DNA from: Nemertoderma westbladi
Lineage: Eukaryota > Animalia > Xenacoelomorpha
NCBI GenBank assembly: GCA_032718475.1
Contig: JAUCBJ010007680.1
Span: 62,001-126,000, forward strand
Length of the DNA: 64,000 nt
Direction: 5' to 3'
Shown here: positions 19,587 to 32,461 of the stretch, piece by piece
Layout of the letters: the number at the start of each line of letters is the position of its first letter
Position numbering within the stretch: position 1 is the stretch's first letter
Position numbers and translations under genes: made by a program
Notes under the pieces: model-generated
What the model was told of the DNA's origin: nothing
Seen by the model: only the letters and a program-made list of their open reading frames with translations
The model's database searches: none

Positions 19587-21515
19587 ATGACCTATAAAAG
19601 GCGCAGAAAGAGTCCCGACTCAAACAGACTACAGCGGCCAAGAATGCAGAAGGCTGCATCTAGGTCCCTGAACAGGCAGTACTCTGTTAATCTACAGGAG
19701 CTAATAAACCAACAGGTTGATGCCATCAATGATGCTGACGACAGCAGGCCATCATCCCAGGCATGGAAATCGATCAACTTGCTTACTGGGCGGAAAAGCC
19801 AACCAACCACCAAGGTTAAGGCTGAATCACCAGCCGATCGCCTCAATGGTTGGAAGGTCCACTTTGAAAAGCTCCTCAATAATGACAGGGTATTGCCTGA
19901 TAACTTTATAGAAGTAAAAGTGTCTGAGTCTGTACTCCCAGATATTCCCATTGGCGATATCTCCTTTGTAGAAGTGAAGGCTGCTGCAAAGAGCATTAAG
20001 ATCAATCGTGCCAGTGGAGTAGATGGTGTTCCCCCTGAGGTCTTTAAAATACCTGAGTGTGTAAAGCTCATCTATCCCATCATAGTAGACATGTACCGAA
20101 CAACAAGAGTCCCACAAGAAATTAAAACAAATAAGTTGGTGCCAGTTCCCAAGAAGGGCAACCTAACACTCTATGGTTCTTTTCGGGGAATCTCATTGAT
20201 CTCGATTGCTGCAAAGCTATACAATAGAATTCTATCAGGGATCAGGAAATCAGAATGGGTTCCGTAAAGGTCGTGGGACCATGGAGACCATTTGAAGGAT
20301 AATTAAAGAGTTATCAAAAAAGAAAGACAGGCACCTGGCTGTTATCTTTATTGACTTTTTCAAGGCCTTTGATTCAGTCTCCCGCTCACGTATTTTCAGC
20401 ATACTTTCATTATATGGGATTCCTGATGAAATTATTGCAGCAATCAGATCAATATACGATGGTTCGACAACATTTGTGTCTACTGTTGATGGTGACACAG
20501 AACCATTTGAAGTGTTATGGGGCGTCCTCCAGGGAGACACACTTGCCCCATTCTTGTTCATAATTGTGGTTGACTATGTTCTACCCATGTCCTTAGATCA
20601 TCATAATGATGATGGGGTGATGATAACTCCACCGACTGGCTCCAGAAGTCGAGGAAATCCTGCCAAGTACCTAACTGATCTAGACTTTGCTGATGACTTA
20701 GGAGTACTCTCAGAATCACTAGAGGGAGCCCAACGGCTCCTCAGCTCATTAGAACATGCTGCTTCTAGTGTTGGTCTTTTTATTAACTCCAGACAGTCCA
20801 AAATTTTGACAGTTAACTTTGAAAGTTCTCAGCAAGTCTCTGATCGGATGAGCATAAGCTCAAAGGATGGTATGCCTGAGCATGTGGACGACTTCTGTTA
20901 CCTGTGATCATGGATCCGGAAGTCAGGTGAGGACCTTCGAATACGTAAGGGAAAGGCATGGGCAGCCTTGAATAGGCTTTCCAGGATTTGGAAGTCAACG
21001 ATAATTAATCGGAAAGTTAAGGTCCGATTATTTAGAGCAGCAGTAGTTCCAGTACTCCTGTATGGGAGTCCATGCTGGGCTCTAACTGCTAAGGACACCA
21101 AATCTCTGGATGGCACATTCACAAGAATGCTACGCCGGGTTCATTGTGTCAAGTACAATGCACACATCTCCAACCAGACACTATATAACATTGGAGGTGT
21201 CTCATTGGTTCCCCCAAGCTTGACACTAGAACAATATCGCCACCGCTTTGCAGGACATTGCTTTCGCCGTGAGGACCAGCCAGTGCATAATCTTGTACTT
21301 TGGCAGCCTCCTGGAGTGAATAAGCATGGTGGACAGCCCATGATTTTCTTGAGACGCATCTTAAAGGACACTGGCCTTGAATATGCGGATGATCTAGCAA
21401 ATGTCATGGGTGATAGGGAGTTGTGGCGGCGCAATTTTGTCGACAAGCCGGCACAGCATTCTTAAAAATGCAGCTGCAATGCAGCATGCCGATACTACTA
21501 GTAGTAGTAGTAGTA
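19587..21515 (+). pseudogene. RTE-like LINE reverse transcriptase, frameshifted, with (TAG)n tail
   Basis: ORF pieces 19587-20267, 20476-20907 and 20968-21465 with ASGVDGVPPE, PVPKKGNL...FRGISL, IDF.KAFDS, GVLQGDTLAPFLF, DLDFADDL, FRAAVVPVLLYG; (TAG)5 at 21499-21513. Confidence 0.88.
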
Positions 21516-23656
21516 AATGGATCGGCACGGCGGCCGGGTTTGAACAGGTTAACGTAAACGTAGCTTCAGTACTGCAGTCCAGCAGCCACAATGCAGTAAC
21601 TGCAGTAGGGCTACACTCTGACTGTAGGCCTACTGTCATAATTTGAGTGCCATCTTGTGGTGTTTTTCCATTATTGGATTACCCCTAACAACCAAACAGC
21701 GCTACTGTAGTTGGTATTAAATTACTCTATGGGGCGAAATTATCGGATTTTATTAATGAAAAAATTTAAAGTTGTATCTTCGAATAATCCCTATCGTACT
21801 GGAAAGCGAGATTTTATTTTTAAAGTCTTATAATTTCGATATTTTCGTTAATAATTTCGTATTTTTCTTTATTTTCGGGTTTTATAACTATCCCAGCACT
21901 GGCGGGGGGGCGATTCGCCCCCACCCCCCCCCCCCCCCCCCCCCCACTGTATTTTAGTAATCGTCCAACGAATTCCACAAAATTTGGACTGTAGGTGAAA
22001 AAATTATCGCTGAACATTTCCTAACCTTAAAAAAATAAAATTTGATAAGCGGGGTATAATAATTTTCATGATAATAGAAGTAGACCCAGGACCAAATTTA
22101 AAATTTTTGTTTTTTTAAAAACTAATGGTGTGGCTTTATTGTCTAACTCTTGTAGGTTTTTCACAGACGCTGAAGCGAATGCGATTATATTTCATTCTCA
22201 AAAATTAAGCGGTATGCTATTTTTCGTGCACCTAAGAAGTGGCGCGTGGCACTTCAAATTTTAAAAAATATGAGATCCGGAAAAGGCCGCCATGTTTTGA
22301 TTTCAGCGCATTTTTATAGGTGTTTTGAATCGCTGAATCGATCAGATTACTCTAAAAACATGTCTACCTAGTGGCAGCTCATTCTCATTTTTGGTACAGC
22401 AAAATTAGGGCGTGTGGTACCTCAAATTTAGAAATATTCAAGATTCTGAAAATACCCCCAAGTTTCGATTTCAACGCATTTTAACAGGTATTCTGGGTCG
22501 CAGGTGTAGAATTCTGGGTGTAGATTTCTCATTAATCAATTTAATAGATCACACCTACCAATTTTTAGTTGAATCTGATGGTTGGTTGTAAAATTATAGC
22601 TGTTTCTAGATTTCTTTCAATTCGCTCCCTAGCTAGCGGCAGGCAGATAAACGATATTAGTCTGCCTGTGTGTATATAATTGATATAATAATGATTGACT
22701 ACATTTCTAACAAGTTTAGTTCTATTTCATCAATATTGACCGATTTATTAGCGTTCAAACATTTCCAACGACGACAACGATAGTAGGTCCTCTGGTCGTT
22801 AGGCCGTCCAGGAAGTCGTTTGGTCCTGCGCCAATAGTTCCAGCGACTAGGCCCTGCGTCGTAAGGACCTGCATAAGCAGTAGGTAGCTATTTCTATTAA
22901 CAGCTGATTACAACGTCTAATAGGTGAAATCGCTCATGAGGCCTTAGAAATTCTGGATAAAATTCCACCAATCCCATCACCGCTACGTATTTACGCGGGA
23001 AGAATCAGAGTCGGCCGTTTCTGTACGGGACCCTCCAGAATTAGATTACGAGAACGCTCGATCGATAATTACCGCGCGTTGTCAATTAAAAAGAAAGACA
23101 CTGATATCGTGAGTGATGGGAACTCCAATATCAGTGTTTCATCTAACTGTGATGACATACGAAAAAAATATCAGAACTTTAATCAGATCTTTAATAAATT
23201 TCACCAAAACTATTTTCAAATTTTCTTGTTTTACTTTTTTCGCCTGGAAATCAATGCAATCACAGCAATGGTTACTTTTTTCCTTTTTCTTGGAATTTTG
23301 AGATATATTCGAACGAAAAAGAAACAAGTTAAGAATAAAAATTTTAATTTAATACGACTACACAACACAAGAAAATAAATTCAATTATATGGCACAAAAT
23401 TGCACTACAAAATAGGTGAGGAGAGGAGAAGCATACGATGTGCTACTAATGACATAAATATATATGTATGTATATAAACACAAAAATAAACATATCAAAC
23501 CAATGAATACTAGCTAAATAAGAAACATTAAGGGAATTACTACACAGTCTGATTTGTGTCGCATGTAACCTTGTTTTTGATGAATAATAACTTTAATGAA
23601 TATGTTACCGGTACATTACTGTATATCAACTTATCAACGTTCTGGTGACGTTCTTG

Positions 23657-26600
23657 ATTTTGTTCTTATAGTTCCATCCGTGGCTACATTTTATTCTTAT
23701 AGTTCCATCCGTGGCTACATTTTGTTCTTATAGTTCCGCCCGTTTCTACATTTTGTTCCTATAGTTCCATCCGTGGCTACATTTTGTTCTTATAGTTCCA
23801 TCCGTGGCTACATTCTGTTATTATAGTTCCACCCGTATCTACATTTTGTTCTTATAGTTCCATCCGTGTCTACATTCTGTTACTATAGTTCCGCCCGTAT
23901 CTACATTTTGTTCCTATAGTTCCACCCGTGTCTACATTTTGTTCCTATAGTTCCATCCGTGGCTACATTTTGTTCCTATAGTTCCATCCGTGGCTACATT
24001 TTGTTCTTATAGTTCCATCCGTGTTTACATTTTGTTCTTATAGTTCCATCCGTGGCTACATTTTGTTCCTATAGTTCCATCCGTGGCTACATTTTGTTCC
24101 TATAGTTCCACCCGTGTCTACATTTTGTTCCTATAGTTCCATCCGTGGCTACATTCTGTTACTATAGTTCCGCCCGTATCTACATTTTGTTCCTATAGTT
24201 CCACCCGTGTCTACATTTTGTTCCTATAGTTCCATCCGTGGCTACATTTTGTTCCTATAGTTCCATCCGTGGCTACATTTTGTTCCTATAGTTCCATCCG
24301 TGGCTACATTTTGTTCCTATAGTTCCATCCGTGGCTACATTTTGTTCTTATAGTTCCACCCATGTCTACATTTTGTTCTTATAGTTCCATCCGTGTCTAC
24401 ATTCTGTTATTATAGTTCCGCCCGTATCTACATTTTGTTCCTATAGTTCCATCCGTGGCTAAATTTTATTCTTATAGTTCCATCCGTGGCTACATTTTGT
24501 TCTTATAGTTCCACCCGTGTCTACATTTTGTTCCTATAGTTCCACCCGTGTCTACATTTTGTTCCTATAGTTCCACCCGTGTCTACATTTTGTTCTTATA
24601 GTTCCATCCGTGGCTACATTTTGTTCTTATAGTTCCATCCGTGGCTACATTTTGTTCTTATAGTTCCGCCCGTTTCTACATTTTGTTCCTATAGTTCCAT
24701 CCGTGGCTACATTTTGTTCTTATAGTTCCACCCGTGTCTACATTTTGTTCTTATAGTTCCATCCGTGGCTACATTTTATTCTTATAGTTCCATCCGTGGC
24801 TACATTTTGTTCTTATAGTTCCGCCCGTTTCTACATTTTGTTCCTATAGTTCCATCCGTGGCTACATTTTGTTCTTATAGTTCCATCCGTGGCTACATTC
24901 TGTTATTATAGTTCCACCCGTATCTACATTTTGTTCTTATAGTTCCATCCGTGTCTACATTCTGTTACTATAGTTCCGCCCGTATCTACATTTTGTTCCT
25001 ATAGTTCCACCCGTGTCTACATTTTGTTCCTATAGTTCCATCCGTGGCTACATTTTGTTCCTATAGTTCCATCCGTGGCTACATTTTGTTCCTATAGTTC
25101 CACCCGTGTCTACATTTTGTTCCTATAGTTCCATCCGTGGCTACATTCTGTTACTATAGTTCCGCCCGTATCTACATTTTGTTCCTATAGTTCCACCCGT
25201 GTCTACATTTTGTTCCTATAGTTCCATCCGTGGCTACATTTTGTTCCTATAGTTCCATCCGTGGCTACATTTTGTTCCTATAGTTCCATCCGTGGCTACA
25301 TTTTGTTCCTATAGTTCCATCCGTGGCTACATTTTGTTCTTATAGTTCCACCCATGTCTACATTTTGTTCTTATAGTTCCATCCGTGTCTACATTCTGTT
25401 ATTATAGTTCCGCCCGTATCTACATTTTGTTCCTATAGTTCCATCCGTGGCTAAATTTTATTCTTATAGTTCCATCCGTGGCTACATTTTGTTCTTATAG
25501 TTCCACCCGTGTCTACATTTTGTTCCTATAGTTCCACCCGTGTCTACATTTTGTTCCTATAGTTCCACCCGTGTCTACATTTTGTTCTTATAGTTCCATC
25601 CGTGGCTACATTTTGTTCTTATAGTTCCATCCGTGGCTACATTTTGTTCTTATAGTTCCGCCCGTTTCTACATTTTGTTCCTATAGTTCCATCCGTGGCT
25701 ACATTTTGTTCTTATAGTTCCACCCGTGTCTACATTTTGTTCTTATAGTTCCATCCGTGGCTACATTTTATTCTTATAGTTCCATCCGTGGCTACATTTT
25801 GTTCTTATAGTTCCGCCCGTTTCTACATTTTGTTCCTATAGTTCCATCCGTGGCTACATTTTGTTCTTATAGTTCCATCCGTGGCTACATTCTGTTATTA
25901 TAGTTCCACCCGTATCTACATTTTGTTCTTATAGTTCCATCCGTGTCTACATTCTGTTACTATAGTTCCGCCCGTATCTACATTTTGTTCCTATAGTTCC
26001 ACCCGTGTCTACATTTTGTTCCTATAGTTCCATCCGTGGCTACATTTTGTTCCTATAGTTCCATCCGTGGCTACATTTTGTTCTTATAGTTCCATCCGTG
26101 TTTACATTTTGTTCTTATAGTTCCATCCGTGGCTACATTTTGTTCCTATAGTTCCATCCGTGGCTACATTTTGTTCCTATAGTTCCACCCGTGTCTACAT
26201 TTTGTTCCTATAGTTCCATCCGTGGCTACATTCTGTTACTATAGTTCCGCCCGTATCTACATTTTGTTCCTATAGTTCCACCCGTGTCTACATTTTGTTC
26301 CTATAGTTCCATCCGTGGCTACATTTTGTTCCTATAGTTCCATCCGTGGCTACATTTTGTTCCTATAGTTCCATCCGTGGCTACATTTTGTTCCTATAGT
26401 TCCATCCGTGGCTACATTTTGTTCCTATAGTTCCATCCGTGGCTACATTTTGTTCCTATAGTTCCATCCGTGGCTACATTTTGTTCCTATAGTTCCATCC
26501 GTGGCTACAATTTGTTCCTATAGTTCCATCCGTGGCTACATTTTGTTCCTATAGTTCCATCCGTGTCTACATTCTGTTATTATAGTTCCGCCCGTATCTT

Positions 26601-26735
26601 ACATTTTTTTCCTATAGTTCCACCTGTGTCTACGTTCCTATAGTTCCGCCCGCGGCTATATTTTCTTATAATTCCGCCTGCGTTTCATTTTGTTATTATA
26701 ATCAAAATGTTCTACAGAACAAGCAATATTGATTC
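23657..26735. repeat. 31-bp satellite array 1 (about 97 units) plus degenerate terminus
   Basis: Consensus ATTTTGTTCYTATAGTTCCRYCCGTRKCTAC, period 31; rare variants recur at 992 bp (32 units). Confidence 0.97.
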
Positions 26736-27223
26736 CCGAATATTAATTGTTATTTAAATATATTCCGGTAGCTACTGTAACATCTTTTAAAAAAAATTGC
26801 AAAATTAGATAGTATAAAAATTGTTATAGAACAAAATATATTTGGGGCCCTTTGTATTTGTGCCTCAAAGGAGGTGGGTTTTCAACCTGGGAGTCTGATA
26901 AAATTCGAACAAACATCATTGTGTAAAAAATTTCGGTGTTGTAATCCGAGTGTATTTATGTACCGAGCGAGCAATGCGGGGAAGATTCATATAAATATAC
27001 CCTAGCCACAAAAACTAGCTACAGTAGTATAAAAAAAATTGAAGGTGGGTGGCCCAAAACATAGTAGTAAACCTACCAACAATAATACACTTAGAGCAAT
27101 GAAGGATACCGAACACTGTGCACAAGACATGTTCAAGGAGTCAGGAAGTTGTTTATAACTGATTGATTACTATGCAGCATAACAAGGAGGATATCAACTG
27201 AACGATAAATCAAAGCAAACATA

Positions 27224-27316
27224 GCCCCTATTGGGGCTCGAACCCTGTACCTAGGTTTCAAACTTCCGGTTATCATCAGCCGAGTGTGTCTCCTAAGACC
27301 ACTGAGCTACCAGGGC
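27224..27316 (-). ncRNA. tRNA-derived Pol III unit (copy 1) with hammerhead-like core
   Basis: Reverse complement GCCCTGGTAGCTCAGTGG...CTGATGA...GAAACCTAGGTA...GGTTCGAGCCCC...GGGGC; A and B boxes present. Confidence 0.7.
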
Positions 27317-27562
27317 GGTAGAAACTACTATTACCGGCCATGCTTGTTAATTAATTATAAATGAATTGTTGTGGGGTGAGTGACGGGTAATTCACTAGCA
27401 TACGGGGTATCAGTGGTTTCTACAACACTGTATAATAGTTATTCTTTGAGGTATGGTTGCAATTTCTGGCAGAGCACGGGAATAACGTTGTACTTTCCTA
27501 TGAGTGACTGTAAAAGGCCTAAATATATGATAGCCCACTCCATAGCGAATAAATCTTCTACC

Positions 27563-27656
27563 GCCCTGGTAGCTCAGTGGTCTTAGGACACACACTCGGC
27601 TGATGATAACCGTAAGTTTGAAACCTAGGTACCGGGTTCGAGTTCCAATAGGGGCG
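27563..27656 (+). ncRNA. tRNA-derived Pol III unit (copy 2)
   Basis: A box TAGCTCAGTGG, B box GGTTCGAGTTCC, GCCC/GGGC ends; D, anticodon and T arms imperfect, so not a canonical tRNA. Confidence 0.7.
27594..27637 (+). ncRNA. Putative minimal type-I hammerhead ribozyme
   Basis: Stem I ACUCGG/CCGGGU, core CUGAUGA, short stem II (U)AAC-CGUAA-GUU(U), GAAA, palindromic stem III ACCUAGGU, cleavage triplet GUA. Confidence 0.55.
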
Positions 27657-28071
27657 GTTGATATTTTTCGCTATGGAAAACATTATCATAATGTACTACA
27701 CTGTATAACATATATTTAATTCCCCGTCACCCACCCCACAACAATTCATTTATAAGTAAAGCAAGCAGTCGGCCGAAGCCGGAGGCGACCCTAAGGCTCC
27801 TCATTTGATAGCTGCTACCCGAAGGTAGCAGTGGGAAACAACTCCACCGGGAAACGTTGTAGTCCAACTCCAACCAAAATTGTTCATCTTCAGTAACTTT
27901 TGGAACACACCAGACATGCCAGAGAACTTTATAATTATTTTAATTAATTCCTTGCACCAATTTCAATTATTCTTGAAATTATTATGTGCAAAACTGAGAA
28001 CCATGCGCAAACCATCAGAGGGCAGGAACTGGAAGACATAAAGCAATTAGATATCTTTAGTGGGGTCGCGA

Positions 28072-28713
28072 GCCACTAGTATAGTATCTATGCCCAAATT
28101 TAAAAACAAACATCGATTAATTATATTAGTGATTATCGGTTTTTATCATGAGGTTTTTTGTTCTAGAACAAATATTTACCATCTGAAGATGGTAGCCAGT
28201 AATTTTTATTTTGTGTTAGCTATTACTTTATATTAGCTAGTGAAAAAATCATAATTGAAACAATAAAAAAAATTGACCGATTTTTTCTTGTGAAAATGTC
28301 TTTTATTATGACGTTTTTTGTTCTAGAACAAATATTTGAACATCTGGCAAAAATATGGTAGCCAGTAATTTTGATTTTATGTTGGCTAGTACTTTTTATT
28401 TTAAAAAATGACAAGTGTCATTTAATCCTCAAATATATTTGTCAATAACAATAAGAAATAAAAAAGCATTACAATAAGAAATAAAAAAGCATTACAATAA
28501 GAAATAAAAATGCATTACAAAAAGAAATACATTATTCTTTAAGTAATTTGAAATTTATTTTATTTATGTAACCATAGCAACAAAAATATATACCGGTAAT
28601 TCTAGAATGAAATTGATAATACAAAGCCAAACAACATGTCAAAAATATTTTAATCTAAAAAGAAAAAAATCAAAAAACATCTAAAATTTCGGCATCGATA
28701 CTATACTAGTGCC
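28072..28713. mobile_element. MULE-type MITE, about 30-bp TIRs, 9-bp TSD
   Basis: TSD GGGTCGCGA at 28063-28071 and 28714-28722; TIR G(C/G)CACTAGTATAGTATC.ATGCC.AAATTT; internal 23-bp tandem repeat at about 28449-28530. Confidence 0.82.
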
Positions 28714-30120
28714 GGGTCGCGAACATTCAAGGGAAGATTTTAAAGTTTCAATTAATTTAATTAATTTCATTTCATTTCAATTCTCTAACAATTGGCTGAC
28801 ATTCGATTTAGTGGTAGCTTGTAAATTTTGCTTGGTAACAAGTGTTTTTAAAATACCTAAAATATCTAAAAAAAATATTCAAATTTTAGCTATTGTAATT
28901 GCAATCTAATGCAATTTTTATTAAATCCTCATGTATTTTTAAAAAAAACACTGGCTATACCTTATAAAAACACTGGCTACCTAAGAAAATTTACAAACTA
29001 TCACTCAATCGAATGCCAGATAATCAACCACCATCCACAAAAAAATTGAAAAAAGTCATGCGAAAACCTCTAAAAATTGTCCCTTATGGTCGGTCACACA
29101 AGCTATAGTAGTGCCTCCTTTTCTGTGCATTACACCATGTCCTGGAATATAATGTCGTAATTCAGTGACATGTCCTGGAATATAATGTCGTAATTCAGTG
29201 ACATGTCCACCCCCCCCCCCCCCCCCCCCAAAGGATTTAATGTGTAATTGAATGGATCAAAAATCACCCTCCATAGAAACCACGATGAAAAATATCATAA
29301 AGATCAGAGCATTTTGTACTGATGTCAAATATGTAGCATCCAATCACAGTCGATTTTCAAAATTTGCTTCCTGCGCTTACAATCCCGCCATTTCAACTAG
29401 TTCCAACAAATTTTTTACAACAACACACCCCGCAACTCGATTCAGGACACCTTGTTAACCCTAATTCATTGTTTCTAGCCCAACAATTTTTTTATAAATT
29501 ACACATACAAAAATTTTGGAGAGCAATAAAATTATCTGCGAATGATGTTTGGTTTACTAACATTGAACCCTAATCTTAATTATAATGATAGCTAGCAGTC
29601 TGCTTAACTATATTGCTACTACTATACTGTATAGCGCTTGCTGATTTAGTTACCATAGTGTGAGTTGCCTAGACTATCCATAAACAAATACATTAATTAT
29701 TATTCATTATTATTCCAAAATTGTAATTCTAACATCATAAAATCTTACCTTTTTTACTTTGGTTTTTAAGTGGATACAAACTTACAAAACTTACATAACT
29801 CCTAGAGGTTCTCACTCTCATATCTTTCAATCGCGCGGAAGTAAACCAATTTTAGTTATACTACTCTATGTTGTAGGAAAAAATTGTTCCAATCCAGATT
29901 CAGGAAGTGCCCGCAAGTCCAAATCCCATTACATGCCAAACCTCGTCGCACTCATCACTACTGCCAATGTTGAATTGGCAGGCTATCGTACAGTAGGCCT
30001 ATTTATTATATTTTTGCAAAAAATATATAACTATACTTACAAATGTTGTTTTTGATGAAGTAACTCCCACTTAATAACTTGGGTACGAATGCGACTATTC
30101 TTGACTTCGTGAGGTAATTA

Positions 30121-30400
30121 GGAGCCCGCTTGACAGCGGGATACTTACTGTAAGAATCTCAGGGATACTTTCTGTAAAAATCTCAGGATACATTACACTG
30201 ACTGACATACTGACTGACATACTGACTGATAATTATCTAGGTTAAGGCACTTCCTGCCTGGCGATTTTGATGAAATTTTGCAAGTACATTGCTTTGGTGG
30301 TTCATAATCGCGTTACAAAATTTCAGATCGATTCTATGTGTGGTATTCGATATATTTAGTTTTTTGACATTGTTTTGTCGCGAAATTAAAAGCAATGGTA
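30121..30400. mobile_element. Possible non-autonomous Helentron/DINE-like fragment
   Basis: Hairpin CCCGCT-TGAC-AGCGGG, (ACTG/ACAT)n microsatellite, then a GATTTTGATGAAATTTTGC...AAATTTCAGATCGAT core of the type seen in such elements. Confidence 0.35.
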
Positions 30401-32461
30401 AAATAACAGCTGGTGTTAATGATGAAATATGGCTTAATATGTTATACACAGTCATAGAAAAACGTGTTGGTTGCCAAGTTTTACTAGTAGGCTATAAGGA
30501 AAGGCAATGTTTACTCACACATAAGCTGTTGGTTTCTAATGTATTACCCCATAAGCTGATTGCTCTCCCAGTGCTTCCTAAGGGTATATCTACAATAAGG
30601 TTACTCACTCTTCTATGTTAGGGGGTGGATCAGGAGAATGAATTTTAGTTACACAAAGCAGTGTGTTGTGTCCTATTGCAGTCGATACTCACTGTGGATT
30701 GCAAAATGTTTTATAGTTGACCTACACTATAATACAGTAGTTGCATGTATTTAAGGAGCCCGCTCTGGCCTATCGCCTAAGGAGTACCTATATTACATAT
30801 TCACATAGAATTCACTGGGAAGAGATATTCCGCTTGACGACGGAGTAATACAGTACCTATAGAAGGAAACTAAATTTGTTATTTGGCTCTATTCGTTGTT
30901 ATTTATCTGGTTGTGCATTATGGGCATTTTTTATAAATATTCGGTAATCGCATCTTATATCTTGTAAACGTTCTTGATAATGAAATTATTTGCTTCATAT
31001 TATATTTTTGTTAGTGGTAGCTAAGTTGCATTTTTTATTATGTGGGGCGAGCCACAAAGTCAGCTAGCCTCACGTCTTGCAGTTTAGACAATTTTAGTTT
31101 ACTTACTGCTGACTGACATAGTTCTTTGTAATAGTCTTGGCTAGGATTCTTCCCCCGGGCTCCTTCCAGCCAGCTTGCTGGCTTTCTAGTTGGAAGCATT
31201 ATTACTTTAGGGTTGCCAGAAGTTGATCATCAATAATTTAACTATTTTATTTCTTCAAGGCTTGTGATAGAGTCGAGAACTGGGTGCCAGATTAGACTTG
31301 GAGTATCTAATTTTATTCTAAAATTTTAATATTTATTTTATCAAACAAACGCCGCTAATGTTAAATTTAACATTAAATTGAATTAGGTCCTACTGTACGT
31401 GTTGCGTGTTAATTCTAGCGACAGTATACAGAAACAGATAGCGTCGCTTGTGCCTACAGCTACAGTACTCGTACCGGTACAAATTATATATAACGTTAAA
31501 ATGCTGCTTTGACATACCGGTACTGACGTCTGACGCTTATGATTTTAGCTACGACATGTGAGGTGGGTCAACTGTTTTATCGGACCGGTAACCGGTAAAG
31601 TATGCAGATAATCAGTAAAATATCGGCAACGGACCCTGCCTACATGTTGGGTCCTGTGGACGCTACTACTATTTTGGTATCCCACCCGCTCGCCGTTTTA
31701 CTTTCGTAATTACATTTTGTACATCCTTTTCTACCTCTACCTTCGTAGTTACATAATATTTACATTTCGAATAAAAATAATATATGAATTAATAAGGCGG
31801 TTACACACAGCGCGATAGGGTACAATTTAAAGATATTGTGCTACTGTAGATATGTATAATTATTACTATCATAAAAGTTGTCATGAACACTTATTCAGTG
31901 AAAAATATAATAATTGTTAATATATAATAATTAAATTAAATATTAAATTAAATAATTAAATATAATAATTGTTAGGTATAAAGCGTAAATCTACTGTGCG
32001 CTGATTCGAATGGTTTGTTACACGAACGGACGTAGTGAGTGAAGATACGAGGTTCATAATACTTAGCGTAAACAAACCGCACGAAAAATTTGTGTAATTA
32101 AAAATTATGTGTAAAATGTTGGTGGAATCTCTCAAATTAGTAGTGATGGTGTTGGCTAATATTTTATTTGTTTGATTAGGTTGCTGTGACAACTGTAAAT
32201 AATTTAATGTGTTAGTCATGACCTACTATAGTAGGTCATGTTTCAAAGTAATTCGTCTGGGGATGTAAAGTCTAAATTACTTGGCTAACTACATCATCCG
32301 TAATGTTTGATATCTTGCTAGAGATATACTGTGATATATAACAACTCGCCGCATAGAAACGGCACTAAGTATATATAATGTTGCAATTAAAATTATTATT
32401 ATAAAATAATCAAATATTATTAAATAATTATGTAACAATTATACCAAAAAATTTACAAGTC

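Larger units (their letters stand above)
18221..21893. mobile_element. MULE/Mutator-type MITE with about 160-bp TIRs and 9-bp TSD, containing two LINE insertions
   Basis: TSD CAGCACTGG at 18212-18220 and 21894-21902. TIR GGATAGTTATAAAACCCGAAAA... (18221-18337 plus 19232-19272) is inverted at about 21733-21893. Confidence 0.8.

Noticed and set aside
22908-22935. BH3-like motif LQRLIGE
   Set aside because: Spacing does not fit LxxxGD and the conserved Asp is absent
27563-27656. Functional tRNA-Ile(GAT) or intron-containing tRNA
   Set aside because: D arm, anticodon stem and T stem are mismatched and the length is abnormal; treated as a tRNA-derived element
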